Assembly: GCF_964204645.1 (NCBI RefSeq)
Contig: NC_134029.1
Span: 1,426,001-1,490,000, forward strand
Direction of reading: 5' to 3'
DNA length: 64,000 bases
Source: Tubulanus polymorphus
Lineage: Eukaryota > Animalia > Nemertea
Under the pieces are notes generated by a model, which saw nothing but the letters and a program-made list of their open reading frames with translations, searched no databases and was not told the origin of the DNA. Below, in pieces: positions 14,098-27,363 of this stretch (the stretch's first letter is position 1; every line of letters begins with the position of its first letter). The position numbers and the translations under genes were made by a program.

Positions 14098-15610
14098 ACA
14101 GGAATGAGTAATTACTATATAAAGATCCGCAATCACACAACGTCAATGAACAATGTACGATCCCGTTAGTGCTTATTTACGAAATGACCTTCACGGAGGT
14201 TTTTACGAGTCTCAGATTTTGATACCGAGATTGCCGGTTACTGGATGCTCGTTCAGATCCCTCAGATACAGCTAACGTCATAAACCACGTGATATACTAC
14301 ACATCCGGGACTCGTAATGGCCGCAATCCTGATAGATCAAACAGATAAAAAATGACAGATTCACCTTGAAAAACATTCTACATTGTATAACAGCTGATAG
14401 ACCAGACACGAAACAAGTCGAAGCCATCATCGGCAGAATGTTCTACGTACTTTAATTTTTAATCATACAGAAACTAAAGATCTGAAAGCTTTTGAAGTCG
14501 AATGTTTTTCAAAAGCAAACATCGCATTGAAAAGAAAATAACACGGTTATTGTTCTTCTTTTGTTACAGTAAGACATTATCTTGTATTTAGTGTGTATTA
14601 TCGGTATGTACGAGGAGTTTGAAGGAATATGATATTGGGATAGAAAATGGCGATGGCCGCAAAATGAACCTCTTTCCCTTCAGACAACAACAACTGAAAT
14701 CCGCAACGAAACTATTTGTTTGGTCTCGATGTCATCGTTAATGAATGATAGAAATTATGAACTGCAGGGAGTTAACGAGGCAGTTATGAAACAACAGGTG
14801 TTATCTGTAATAAAACAGGCTATGCATGTATCCACTTTGAGGAATACCCGACGCAAATATCCACCGTTCTAAAAGCAGCGGGCAGCGTGAAGCGCAGTTG
14901 ATAGAATATTGTAGATTATAATACGTCAATAATTATCTGTCTACTGCAATCATTAAAACCGCTTACGGGTTGTAGGCGCAGATTGAGTCTGCGTTTTTTG
15001 TGATCACAGCTTACGTCATATTCGACCTTAACCTCTGTGTTAATAGATAATGTCGAGATTGTAATTAGACTAATGGCGCAGTGGAAACCTGACGCGTAGA
15101 AGAATTTAAAAAAATACACATTCAGAAAGACGTTATAATACCTCTGCTCATCTTCAGAGTATTCGTTTGAATTGGATACTTCAGATAATCTGAAAATGGG
15201 CAAGTATCCCACCCGAAACGTTCATCCTACCCGAAACGTTCTGACCACGTTCTTCTAGTTCGGGGATATTCTCTATCACTACGACTTTTCTACTCAAAAT
15301 GTCTCGAATGTCAGGGGATTATTTCTAAACGCATCACAGCGATTTATCCACTCACACAAACTGTATAGAATTGATACGCCGCTGCCACAGGTTAATTCAA
15401 ACAGATTTTATTTGAACCAGTAACTGATTTACTTCGTTCAATGCGGATCGATTGAATTCACCACTGAAATACCGGCGCTGCGCATACAGTGAAAAATTGA
15501 GCGAATTAAAACCAAGTCATTCGATCAACAACAGTCGTCAGAAAATAAACCGATCATTTCAATTGCGGGAATGGTTAATTAAAATAGTTGATCAGCGTCA
15601 CAAATAACGT

Positions 15611-15875
15611 CATTCCTCGGCAGGGATTCGAACCCGATGCTCGAATAGACCCAGCGTGTGACTATGTAATTTCCGCCAATCATAAAATCACGTTTCATTC
15701 CAGCCCGAATCTCTGCACCAAAGCAGGTATAGAGGTGATCCGCCCGACACCGCGTCATTTTGGACGTAAATTACAAGTAGTTCGTTAACTGAAGTAAAAA
15801 GTTACCGCTATTTAACGTCCAGTCCGTGCATGATCTCACGATGCCATCAGGTTCGAGTCCCAGCGAGGGTGGATG
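15611..15875. mobile_element. Older related MITE with the same terminal TIR type and a different interior
   Basis: Ends are cattcctcggcagggattcgaacccgatgc… and …cgatgccatcaggttcgagtcccagcgagggtggatg. Flanks caaataacgt and caaatgcga may be a decayed TSD. Confidence 0.75.
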
Positions 15876-18800
15876 CAAATGCGAATATAGCGCAAGACCT
15901 CTCTAATGCACTACAATCACGAGTTTTACTGCCTTTTTCAGAGGGCAACGAACTTTTTGTTTCTATTTATATCAGGGCTATCTACCCATTATTAGATGGC
16001 CCTGGGAAGAGAATAGTTGTTGACGTTGAGTTATTTTGCACGCAGTCACAGCCCACCCACAATGACCCTTGTCGTGAGATAACAGCTAGCATATTATCCC
16101 TTCCTATTGACATAGAAAAAAACTTTTCTTACGAAAAATATGAATAACTGATTGATGATTGCGGAGAAACAGCATACACGCAGTGTATCCTACAAGCCAA
16201 ATGAAGAAATCTGAACCCATATATTTAAGGTAGAGACGAAAGATAGGAGACATGTGGTAAATATTTGACCACTGTGGAAGAGCTGTGCGCTAGTCTGTGT
16301 AGACTCATTCATCACACACAACAAATAAGGCACAAATTGGTTTGCTAACTGATGTGACGTGGGCTCTACGAGGATTGATTACTGACGAAACAATCGTCGA
16401 TAGATGATGAAAGCCCAGGGTTAAACACACGTCACATTCTAGGTGTAACCACGTGTTCTCTTCATAGTCTTCACTCTTTTCCGACGTTAGTGGATGTCAA
16501 CCTCTGAAGGACATAGAGACGCTAATGTGTGTGTAATTGCTGCCTGGAACGTGTACCCATTAAGCCTGGGCCCCACATTCTGATCAGGAGGCATTTGATA
16601 CTTAATTACACCATTCTTTCAGTTTCACGTGTGTTCAGTCCTTCACATTTTTAATTCAAAATGAACTACAAACACCAGACACTAAACATTTTATCAGAAA
16701 ACTTTCAAAAACTGATCGTCCACACTTCCCATGTCTTCAGAACTTCACCTGTATGAGCTGTTTAATTGAAATCTCGCACACCAGACATTAGACTTTTTAT
16801 CAGAACGCTTTTCTTTCGCGCTGAAATGGCGAATATCTGAAGGGGAAGTAGTTTGATATTGGACGCTTCACGTTTCGCCATCAACTTCATATCATCGCAA
16901 GATGCAAATAGCGTGTTCTATTTAACCTTGGGAATTGGAGAAAGAGTCGAATGACGTTGATCGGAAATATGTTGATTCGTTCCTTCCGTGGTCGCAAATA
17001 GAAAAACAATGTGGCGGCGTCGTCTCTTAACCGTAATCGGTACAAAACAGATCGATAATCAACAACATCAACTTCAACCGCAAAAACCACTTCGATATAA
17101 AAATCAGTACATTAAACAATTTATTCTTCTTGTTTCATGTCAGCGCGAACCTTTACCAGATGGTAGAAACTTTAATTCGATTCGTTTTCTATCGATTTGT
17201 GACTTGTGGAAGCGGTGCCTATACCGTACTGCGGTCAATCCGTCGCTTGTCTGAATCTGGAGAAATGACTTCTAACAAATTTAAAGCGTCACTGACCACA
17301 GGAAGATAAGAATCAGCCCTGAAGCGAAGATATGTTTTTTTTCATATTCGCTATTCGTCTATCGCAGACAATATATCGACAACCGAATCAACAGGCTGAG
17401 AATCAAACTGCTAGTCATCTCGGTGGTCGTCTGGCTCGCTCTGACAATAACAACAACGTGAAAATGCTGCACGAATTATTGACCAGTGGTAAATAAGTTG
17501 ATTGGAAAATGGTATTGGCACTTGTATCGGGTGTAATCGTGGACACAGTCCGATTGGATGTAGCTTCGTTATTGCGCGTATTTATACGGGAAAAGGGCAG
17601 CAGATGTTTTCGATTGAATCGAATGTTGATTGACGTCGTATTTCGTCACGGTTCGCTGTTAACCGTCGCGTGGATGCACCAATCAACGACGCGCGTGTAC
17701 GTCGTGACGAGGCATGCTACACTGACTACAGAAATTCGCTACATAAACTCAACAGCACCAGAATGGCTACACTCTTACATAGTATGAGATCAGAGAATTC
17801 AACAGCCAGGGGTACTCTTATAAAATCGTGGCCTCCAATCACACTCTTCTGCTGATTACACGACTTTTTGGAGTGTCTATTTTAACTTCCATTCGATCCA
17901 GGTAGTTTGCTCCGGAATCGTTTCCAGCCAAACACGTGAAAGTCTCATCCTTTCACGACCTCCGAAGTCTCCATTCGGGCGCTCCAAACAGTCTCGTGAT
18001 CACCACTTAGGGAGGACTCCAGATTTCCCGATCTCAGGATAGACATATCAGTAAACAAACTTCGGAGGTTATGAAAGATTATGACCTTAGATTGACGAGT
18101 AAGATTGTCGATCAAATTTAGGAAAAGAAAGTAGTTTTAGAGTTTTAGCCGATTTTAAGATAATGAAAGGATTCGGTTAAAATGTATTCTTCAATTTCTT
18201 AAATACAGGTTTCAGCGGATTTTTACTGAGTTTATTGGAATTTTCCCAAATTCCAGAATGAGAAATGAGGTCGTCTCATAACATCAACCACAGGGGAACG
18301 ACTTAAAGTTCCATTAGTCATAGCACAATACTAATGGCATTTTAAAGAAAGCCTTTGTCATTTGTGAAACGGACCCCGGGACTCGATAGCGGACAAGCGT
18401 GTACATCTTACGCAGAATAGAGAGACGTCAAGACCATTAAATTTAGAATGCAGAATAACATGAACACACGAGAAATGTCGATATGAAGAGTCTGTCGAAA
18501 TCATTTTTCTCCGTTCAATGACGTCAAATTCATAGCATATCTATTTCACGATAAACATATATTACCTCCCGCTCCGGGAGGAGAAAGATCAACGGAGCCG
18601 AAAAGCTCGGCTTTATCTGATGGAAAAACGAACGGAAGAACAGAAACGTTTCCCATTAACAAATTACAAGCACGGAAGTTCAGAAAATGACAAAATGATA
18701 CTTAGCAAATCGCATGAAGTTAATATCATATAGAAATAAGTTATGTTTCGTTTGAAAGTGCATTAATCAGCGTCCGTTTGATGATTTCAGGTAATCCACT

Positions 18801-20176
18801 AGCGCAGGAATAAAATCTACCGACCTAATTGATTTCAACTCCGTAGCGTCCGAGAACTCTCTCAGAAAACCTTATTAGCCTTAAAGCCTAAATCTGAGGC
18901 CATGGTTGATCGAGGGGAAAGGATAACCCAGCTGCGTGTTGAGTCTGCTGTATATATTTCACCGAGTCGAAAAATCGGGGAAATAGAAGATTTTCTAAAC
19001 ATTTCTTCTCAATCCAGTTTGGAGGAGTCTGGCATACATTTTCCCCAAATCTATTGGAACGCACAAATCGTGGAGACAGAAATATGATGAGCCCAAACTT
19101 TCGTTGAGACATAGAATGATTCGATGTGCTTTGCTGATTGTCGCTGTATAATTACTCGACCTATCGCAGTGTATTGTGAATCGTATTGTGCGCTCGTGAT
19201 GGCGTATTCATCTCTTGTATTGTATACGCGTCATTAAGAGCGTGGTCATCTTACCGATCAGGGTCCCTCAGTGGACACCAGCATAAACACATACCGAATC
19301 AATTATTGATTCCTCAATAATTTCAATTATACACTGGTCATCATCGACGTGTAGGCATCTGTGCCTGATACTTGATGGATAACGGCGCCTCAGTAAGTGT
19401 CTCGTTCAAACATCTCACGGCAAATCTGTCGTATTTAAATGTAGCAGTGCTAATTCTGTCATAGCGGTGCTTTACATATAGATTCAATACAGTTTAACAG
19501 TACAATTTATCAAGCGTAGCTCAAGTAACACGAAATAGCCACCAAATATCAAAACTTCTTTCTTGCTGTTCCGTGTTTTAGTGTGCGCTGCCCTTAAACA
19601 AGAAACATTGTCAAACGAAACTAAAAACCTTGTTTCTATTGCTGTGTAGCTTTTAACAACAAGAAACGCATAAATAAAAAAATGTTTCTTGTTTCGATGT
19701 ATTTCTACGGCGTGTTCTAGGATTTAGTCAAATTATCTCCCGGAAAGTCACCAAGCTTCTTGTTTTATTGAAAGGTTTCGAATATTTCCGCTGATTTCGC
19801 ACCGACACGAAATCAGCAGGGGTCATCTTCAGTGATAATTCATCATTTGGGTTTGAAGCACAAATTGACAGACACGAGATATGGACAGGAAAGATCGAAG
19901 GTTCCTTCGAATACATGTCAGTGTTCAAAGTGAACTAATGAATTTGCCGCATCAATGAGTACAGATTCTGACGTTCGTGTCATTTTAATTTCACTGAGCA
20001 AACATTAATATCACGCGATAGAAAGAGAAAGGACGAATTTGAGCCAGTATTTCTCGCGCAGTTCATACAAGCTTTTTTATACAGTGATCAGTTACATGAA
20101 TTACGTAATAACGCAATTTATGATAATTTCACAAGATCTACGACAAACTACATTGATAACATTCCACACGACCTTG

Positions 20177-20210
20177 GGATACGATACGATACGATACGAT
20201 ACGATACGAT
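20177..20210. repeat. (GATAC)n pentanucleotide microsatellite
   Basis: gatacgatacgatacgatacgatacgatacgat. Confidence 0.9.
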
Positions 20211-21914
20211 GGGAGAGAATTATGAGTTTGGATTGCACCATTGAAATATTAGAACTATTATCGGAAGCACTCTCCGGAAAGAAGTGACTTTAAACAAAAT
20301 ATCTTCAGCTTCCCTTTGAACGGTGGGAGAGAGTCAATATCACTGAGGGGTCGGGATGATTCCAATGGGCGGTTGCAAATATCTCAAATGCGTGTTCGCT
20401 AAAAATAGCCTTGGAAAAATAGCCAGGGGCACGAATGAATCCCATTACCTATTCATAAGTGATCACGGACGGACGCTGTTGTTCCCATGAGGGGTTTTTA
20501 ATCGGGCCATAGAAACGCCGCACGTCGTCGTCAATATGACAAGTAGAACTTCAGATATTTTATCGAGAACGGGAAGGATTTATCCAGAAAAAAACCGGTT
20601 CGAGTGCGAAACAGCGAACCTCCGTATGAACGATACGAACTGACCGTGTGAGTAGCCGCATATTGTATCTATCGATCAAAACGAGCTTACCAATACAAAT
20701 TCATATCAAAAAATATTCCTCAGATAATCAGATATTCTTCTTCAGTTAGTCAGTTATTCGTTTGATATCTTTCGCTGACGGTTTTACACGTTTGAAGTTG
20801 AAACCACCCTTTCACGCAGTTTCTATTTATATCACGCGCGATGAAAATATTCATTATCCGTCGCAATTTGAAACCGATACTAACTCGCGTATTATTCGAG
20901 GCGTTATCAGATTTCTTCAATTCCTGGACGAATGAAAGTTCACGGTTTAAGGTTCATACGATGGTCATATTATATAAGCCATCATAATATAGACGACTGA
21001 TGACGTCAGAAGGTGTTTGTTTGATTAAAGCTGTACCAGTGTCTGCTGACTTGCAGCCAGGCAGTACTCACAGTCACATAATTCCACACACGTATTCGTG
21101 TCGGCGACCTGTACCACCGCAATACTAATTACCAACGCTTATGACCAGTGGCTAATGAAAACATAGATATATATCCTCGAAATGCAGGAATGGATCTAGT
21201 TGGGGGTCGACTCGGATAAAGCAAGTTCTCCACCGTGTTTGCTGTTTGTGAAGAAGCCTAGAAAAGATGCGATGTCCAAGAGAATGAGTGTCAAATTTGC
21301 AGGTTTTGATTTGTTTCGAAAAATAATGCTAATCATGTACTTAGGACCTCAGCATGTATTTATTTTGTATATATTTTGACGATTCTGTTTAATTTTTGCA
21401 TTCGACAAAACCGTCTTGACAAAAAGGGCAACTTTAATGGGAAGCCAATGATGTATCACCGAAACCAATCCAGTTTACTGTTCATAGTTCTTCGTCATTT
21501 CTAGATGACCCTGTTAAATGATATACCGAACTCCATATGAAATTTTATCACTTTAAAAAATAATGTTTTCTGTATAAATTCACCGTGTTCCACGCGTGTT
21601 ACCGGATTGCACGTCAAGTGACCCGCACTTATATTTACAGAAAAAACACGACGCCTGTTCGCGATAAACAGCGCCAACCAACGTTAAATAACATTGTCGA
21701 AATAGTTTCTCTCCGTGTATAGATTACATGGAATTACGTCACGGTGTTTACCTATAGAAATGTAATTTATTCTAAATGACGTTGGCTATTATATCAGAGT
21801 CAAGGTAACCACACGAACCAGGCTGAATCGAACTGTTACTTCCGATAAATAATGCAGTTACAGTTGGCCTCACAATGATGCGTGACGTCATCTTCCGACG
21901 GGGTCTAATCTGAA

Positions 21915-22575
21915 TGGGTTTGGCTCCACTTGCTCAGGAAAGCAAGAAAAGGTTCATTCTTGCTTTGGCAAAAGAGGAAGCGGCTCCTTATAGACCTTGC
22001 AAGCGAAGAGTGGCTCCTTCTGTCCTGGCAAGCCTGGAAAGTGGCTCCTTCTGTCCTGGCAAGCGAGGAAAGTGGCTCCTTCTGTCCTGGCAAGCGAGGA
22101 AAGTGGCTCCTTCTGTCCTGGCAAGCGAGGAAAGTGGCTCCTTCTGTCCTGGCAAGCAAGGAAAGTGACTCCTTCTGTCCTGGCAAGCCTGGAAAGTGGC
22201 TCCTTCTGTCCTGGCAAGCGAGGAAAGTGGCTCCTTCTGTCCTGGCAAGCAAGGAAAGTGGCTCCTTCTGTCCTGGCAAGCCTGGAAAGTGGCTCCTTCT
22301 GTCCTGGCAAGCGAGGAAAGTGGCTCCTTCTGTCCTGGCAAGCAAGGAAAGTGGCTCCTTCTGTCCTGGCAAGCCTGGAAAGTGGCTCCTTCTGTCCTGG
22401 CAAGCCTGGAAAGTGGCTCCTTCTGTCCTGGCAAGCCTGGAAAGTGGCTCCTTCTGTCCTGGCAAGCAAGGAAAGTGGCTCCTTCTGTCCTGGCAAGCCT
22501 GGAAAGTGGCTCCGTTTTGCCTTGCTAGCGAGGAGTCCGACTTCGTTTTGCCCTGGCAAGCGAGATAAGTAGCTC
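21915..22575. repeat. 31-bp minisatellite (16 clean units at ~22009-22504, degenerate units at both edges)
   Basis: Unit agtggctccttctgtcctggcaagc(ct/ga/aa)ggaa. Confidence 0.97.
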
Positions 22576-24036
22576 AATTTTTGCGTTGATTTTTCCTGCG
22601 TCGCTTACAGATTGCGTACGGTGACGAATCGGCGGCGTGTGAAAAATTGCCTCGATAAAAACGACGACGTTTCGTTCACTCAACTCGATCGATGTGATGT
22701 ATTAGAGAGAACGGCGCCAAACCGCGGTCGAACGCGCCGCCGTTAATATTCCTAACAGCGGTCAAGATCTGCGCACTAACGAATTAATCAGTGGTAGCGG
22801 TAAATAAGAAGTCATACTAGAATGAATTGCGGGTCAAGGTTGGATTCAGCCACAAACCTCGACATTCAATCATCGTCGCCCGATATTCATATGCATACAA
22901 TACAATATAATGTTTTCTCAAACATCAAATTGATTGATCGTTGAAAATCACTTCAACGCCAACTGTTTTATACTTGAACTGGTTCGTACTCAGTAAAACT
23001 GTATGTTTCACTATAGAGAGGATGCCGTGTTGGAGAGCATTGGCCTTAGTGGTGATTTCAGTGAAACTATATACCGTAGAATTAATAGAAATCCAAAACA
23101 TTTTATTCGAGATCTTATCGCCACACTGCCTTCATCAGGTGCAACGTGAGGATACTGTAAGGGAACCCAGTTATTTTAAGTTCCAAATTAATATTTGAAC
23201 GGTCAGTCGTTTCGAAATCAATTTCATCTTTAGAGTCAAACTCAACCCAGAACTGAGTGGAACTGGGAACCAAGAGTCGAGAGTCAAACCGTGGAAATGG
23301 CATACTTTCTCTAGACTAAAATCATAACCGTGAAATGTGGAACGGATCTTGTCGAGTAAAAGTTAATTCAATTAGGGGTCTATATGATATTGTTCGTCAA
23401 TTAAGTCTTTCAAGTCAACCGCACTCCGCGAATACCACGCAAAGAGAGGAAACGTCTGAAGTATTTGATACAACCGTTAAAATCGATTCAGTTCTATGAA
23501 CAACGCATTCTCTCTAAAGCCTAATGATGTTTCCTATTCGCTTAGTGAATCAGTCACAGCTGCTGAGATGCGGTGCTGCTCCGCGTTCACTGCGCACACA
23601 GGTATTAACTAATACACGGGACCTTTCCGTCTCTTCTGAGACTTCCATAATGAACAACATTCAGTTTCAGAATGTAACGACGGTTGGCTTTCAATGAGCT
23701 ACAACTCCTTCGATGGATGTAACTTCATCAGACAACGACAAAAGAGTGAATTCCTGCGGGGTTGACTGAGGTATGCCGGGAGTGGACTAGACACTCCGCG
23801 TAACGGGATACATTTCAGATTCCTATCAAATGTCAAATATCATCATATTTTCGCCAATTATTTTTCTTTATGAAAATAGAGTTAATAGCGAATTTTTTTC
23901 AATGCTTTACAATTGCATTTCTATTCTAGTTTATTCTAGTCTTTTGATTAATTTTCCAGAATTAAATTACGAGTCAATTCCTTTTCTATTTATTCTAATT
24001 GAATCATTTCTATGTATTTCTATCGTTTTCTATCAC

Positions 24037-24678
24037 ACAGTGGAATCGCATGTCATCGAATACCAGGGGATCAGAAACTCGGATCGTTATAACCGAAGTC
24101 TTGTTGTATGCCGTATGAAATAAATGGAATTTACTTGAACTATGCGGAAGTCGACAAGACACACAATAACCCATTCTCCCTCTGCAGGGACTCGAACCTG
24201 ATGGCATCGCTACACTCAGCCACGGCACGGACCCCTGCATCAGTAGACCGGGTGCGCAGGTACATGCGCAGCTTTCCGAACGAAAACTGGCGGCACCAAT
24301 CAGATTGCTCGTTGTATAATCGTTGAGGCAAATTTCAAAGAAGAACTATAAATGGGAAAACCCGGGATAAAATAAAACGGGATTTCTGATAGGCTAAAAA
24401 TCACACCATCTGAACTGCGCATGTATCTGCGCACACGGTCGATTATGGCAGGGTTTCGTGCCGTGGCAACCTCGATGCCATCAGGTTCGAATCCCTGCCG
24501 GGGGAGGATGACAATAACCGTTAGATGAATACAACTAGAATCAACCAAACATGTTAAGTTTTTTCAGTCAAAGGTTTATATATTTGAGCGACGTTTCAAC
24601 TATTAAAGACGAAAATCTAAATTTGTTATTCCCGATAAATCGTTATATCCGAGTTCATTATAGCTAGATTCATCTGTA
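24037..24678. mobile_element. Decayed Tc1/mariner (pogo/Tigger-like) MITE hosting the 339-bp MITE
   Basis: Left end cacagtggaatcgcatgtcatcgaa versus reverse complement of right end tacagatgaatctagctataatgaa. Subterminal cgttata(a/t)ccga motifs occur on both sides. Confidence 0.45.
24172..24510. mobile_element. Non-autonomous DNA transposon (MITE), 339 bp, long imperfect TIRs, 9-bp TSD acaataacc (Mutator-like)
   Basis: Ends are cattctccctctgcagggactcgaacctgatggcatcg… and …cgatgccatcaggttcgaatccctgccgggggaggatg. acaataacc lies on both flanks. A near-identical copy is at 48657-48995. Confidence 0.9.
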
Positions 24679-26107
24679 CTTTGATTTCGATTTGATACTA
24701 AAAAAAAAAAACGGTGCATCATTGTAGAGTTAAATTGGAGGAGTTGTTTTTAGAGTATAAAAGAAAACCGACGTCAAATGAATATCGTGTAAGCTTCGAC
24801 GGGAAATCTACTGTTTGACGTTTAATACAAGATTTCTCTCTGATTCTGCCATGTAAAACCAATCATGTTTGTGTCACCTGTCGATATCGTAACAAGTCGA
24901 AATTGATTTCATTAATACCAGATATTCGCTCTCCAGCAGATATACTGATATACTAGGGGATATAGCATCGAACTCGTAGAATATCATACATTACAGATGG
25001 CTGAACGCAAGAAATAGAACCTGCTGCATTGTTGATAGCATTAAAAAAACTATAATGATAGATATCTATACAAGAAGTCGAAGTTACTTGCATCGATAGC
25101 ATATATATAAAAACAGACAGGCTCGTAACCAGAATTTGCAAGGGTTCGAACCATACATGAAGTGTCGCCCTTTTCTAGCAAAACAGCAATCTTTACAACA
25201 ATAAGCAGCCCGCCTTATATACTATTAAAATGCTTTCAAAATCGTGAAAATGTCGCTGAGAACACCCCCCCCCCCCCCGCAACGGCTTCAGAAGTGGAAT
25301 TTAGAAATACTCTTGGGAAAATCTGGCATGAACCAAACTCGCACGATTTTATACAAGAAAATACCTCTTTAAACATTATACATAGATTCATATTCTCGAG
25401 TGTATTCGATCAGAGAGATTAAATCTTTACGTCATCACGCGACGCGTGATTGATATTCGAGGGAATTTCCAGTCTTTTGTTATTTTATAATTTCCTCGTC
25501 GAAACTACTTTCGTCTCGGAGAAAAAGAGAGCAAAAAATAACCGTCTGGAACGCGACCGCGTCTCGTCTCTGTACATATTACACCCTGTAAACACGCTGT
25601 GCAGATGAAGTTACGCCGATGATATTTTATTGACTCTATATACAGCACGACTTAGTTTAATCAATTTGCATCACTCATAATAACGACGGGAGATTCGTGC
25701 AACAGATGCCGGCGCGAGCGAGCGGTTCCAATGTCTTTTTAAATGAAAGAGATAGAAAGAGAATTGATGGCTATCAATAATAATTTTGCAGTTGGTGTAT
25801 TATAGATGAACACGGTTCAGCGAAGTGCTTCATTGTTGCTCTTTTACTGACTAGTCTAATCCCTTTATCGCTTCGGTCGAAGGGTAAGGTTTTCCTCGCG
25901 CGCCGGGGGATTAAAAATGTGCCGAGTTCGTGTATAAAATCCACTTGCAGTAATACCTATACTAAAATCTCTAAAAAATGATGTTTTTTATCAGTCTGTT
26001 CTAAACTTCTGAAACAGACGGTTCTAAAAATAGATATCGCATGAAATATGGAACCATTTTTTCTATCGATTGTAATTTCTGGATTTCGTACTTTTGCAGT
26101 CTGTACA

Positions 26108-26147
26108 AATATACATATATATACATATATATATATATACATATATA
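26108..26147. repeat. (AT)n/(ATAC) microsatellite
   Basis: Direct reading. Confidence 0.85.
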
Positions 26148-27297
26148 GCCTCCCTAATATCAACCATGATATAACAAAGCCCCCGTTTCACGATAACGTA
26201 ATTAAAATTTCAACAGCTACTCTTCTGACGTGGTACATGGTCGCGCATCTATGACTAGACAAATTCAGTGTTTGTGACATCTGGTGAAATCGTATACGCA
26301 TAATATCGTGTATATTACACACATGCTTGGTTTTTCTGACTAGAAAAACAGCTGACCATATTACAACACATATATCTAATTACATCAGGTTTATTCCGTG
26401 TATTTTGATATATATATATCAGTAATTGATTGTTGTTATTATTTGACACTAGAAACAGTGCGTCCACACATATCCAGGTTACAATCCACAGGCCCAGTAG
26501 CACCACCACCGGGACATAAAAAGTGAACCTAATCTAACGGCTAGTCTTATTAAGCTGTTAGATGTTAGAACTGAGTTGTTCTTAGACTGGTTTCATGGCC
26601 GTGTATTGGTCCAGAGCAAAAAGGCACAGAGTATTTTAAGGATATTATAATCAGTATTGTTACTAATACAATTTTGGTGCCGTATTTAGCGTTGATATAA
26701 TATAATATAATACCAGTACTATACACAGAATTCAATATACAACTAAACCATGGATAGATTAGTTTTAAATTCTGCCTAAGAATCTAAGATTTCTAAGTAA
26801 CCTAAAATACAGTAGTCGTTACATATTCAAATTAGTTCATTTTTCAAATATTTCGCACTGACGCCGAGTCTGCGTACCGTCACCAGTAGCACGCGTCTAC
26901 CCCGTAAAGAGAAAATTACTTCTCTTTCGTACAAGGCGCCGACGCAAAAAAGGATTAATTAAATGATTGATTAAATAGACGAAGCAATTATTAGATTTTT
27001 ACTTGGGAAATGACCCATGTGTTGTGGTTCGTTGGAAAGGAAATTAAAATCCCCGAGAATAACTCATCGTCTTATAGAGAAAATGAGCGGAAAAATCGTT
27101 CGATCAAAATTAGATTTTTCTATTTTCGATTCGACGATATTAATTTTACGGCACGTTTTGTATAGAAGTGAGCGCATCATCGCTGTAACTCGCCATGACA
27201 ACAAACAGGGAAACCGGCAGATTATTGTAGGCCATGTCTGAGATGACTTCTTTATTGATATAGAGTGCGGGAAGAGACCGTATACACGCAAGATACA

Positions 27298-27363
27298 GGA
27301 TACAGTTCGACAGTTGTGAGTGGAGTCAAATCTTAAATCTGTGGATCTGTGGAACTGGACCCA
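27298..27363. mobile_element. Small MITE, same TIR family
   Basis: ggatacagttcgacagttgtgagt…ctgtggaactggaccc. Confidence 0.55.

Noticed and set aside
21905-22577. Six overlapping ~100-210-aa ORFs
   Set aside because: Artefact of a 31-bp stop-free minisatellite open on both strands; no supporting splice or start context.
24446-24510. tRNA gene at the MITE ends (also 48930-48995 and 15840-15875)
   Set aside because: Only the B box is convincing. There is no cloverleaf, the T-stem is imperfect, and the motif is part of a TIR bounded by TSDs.
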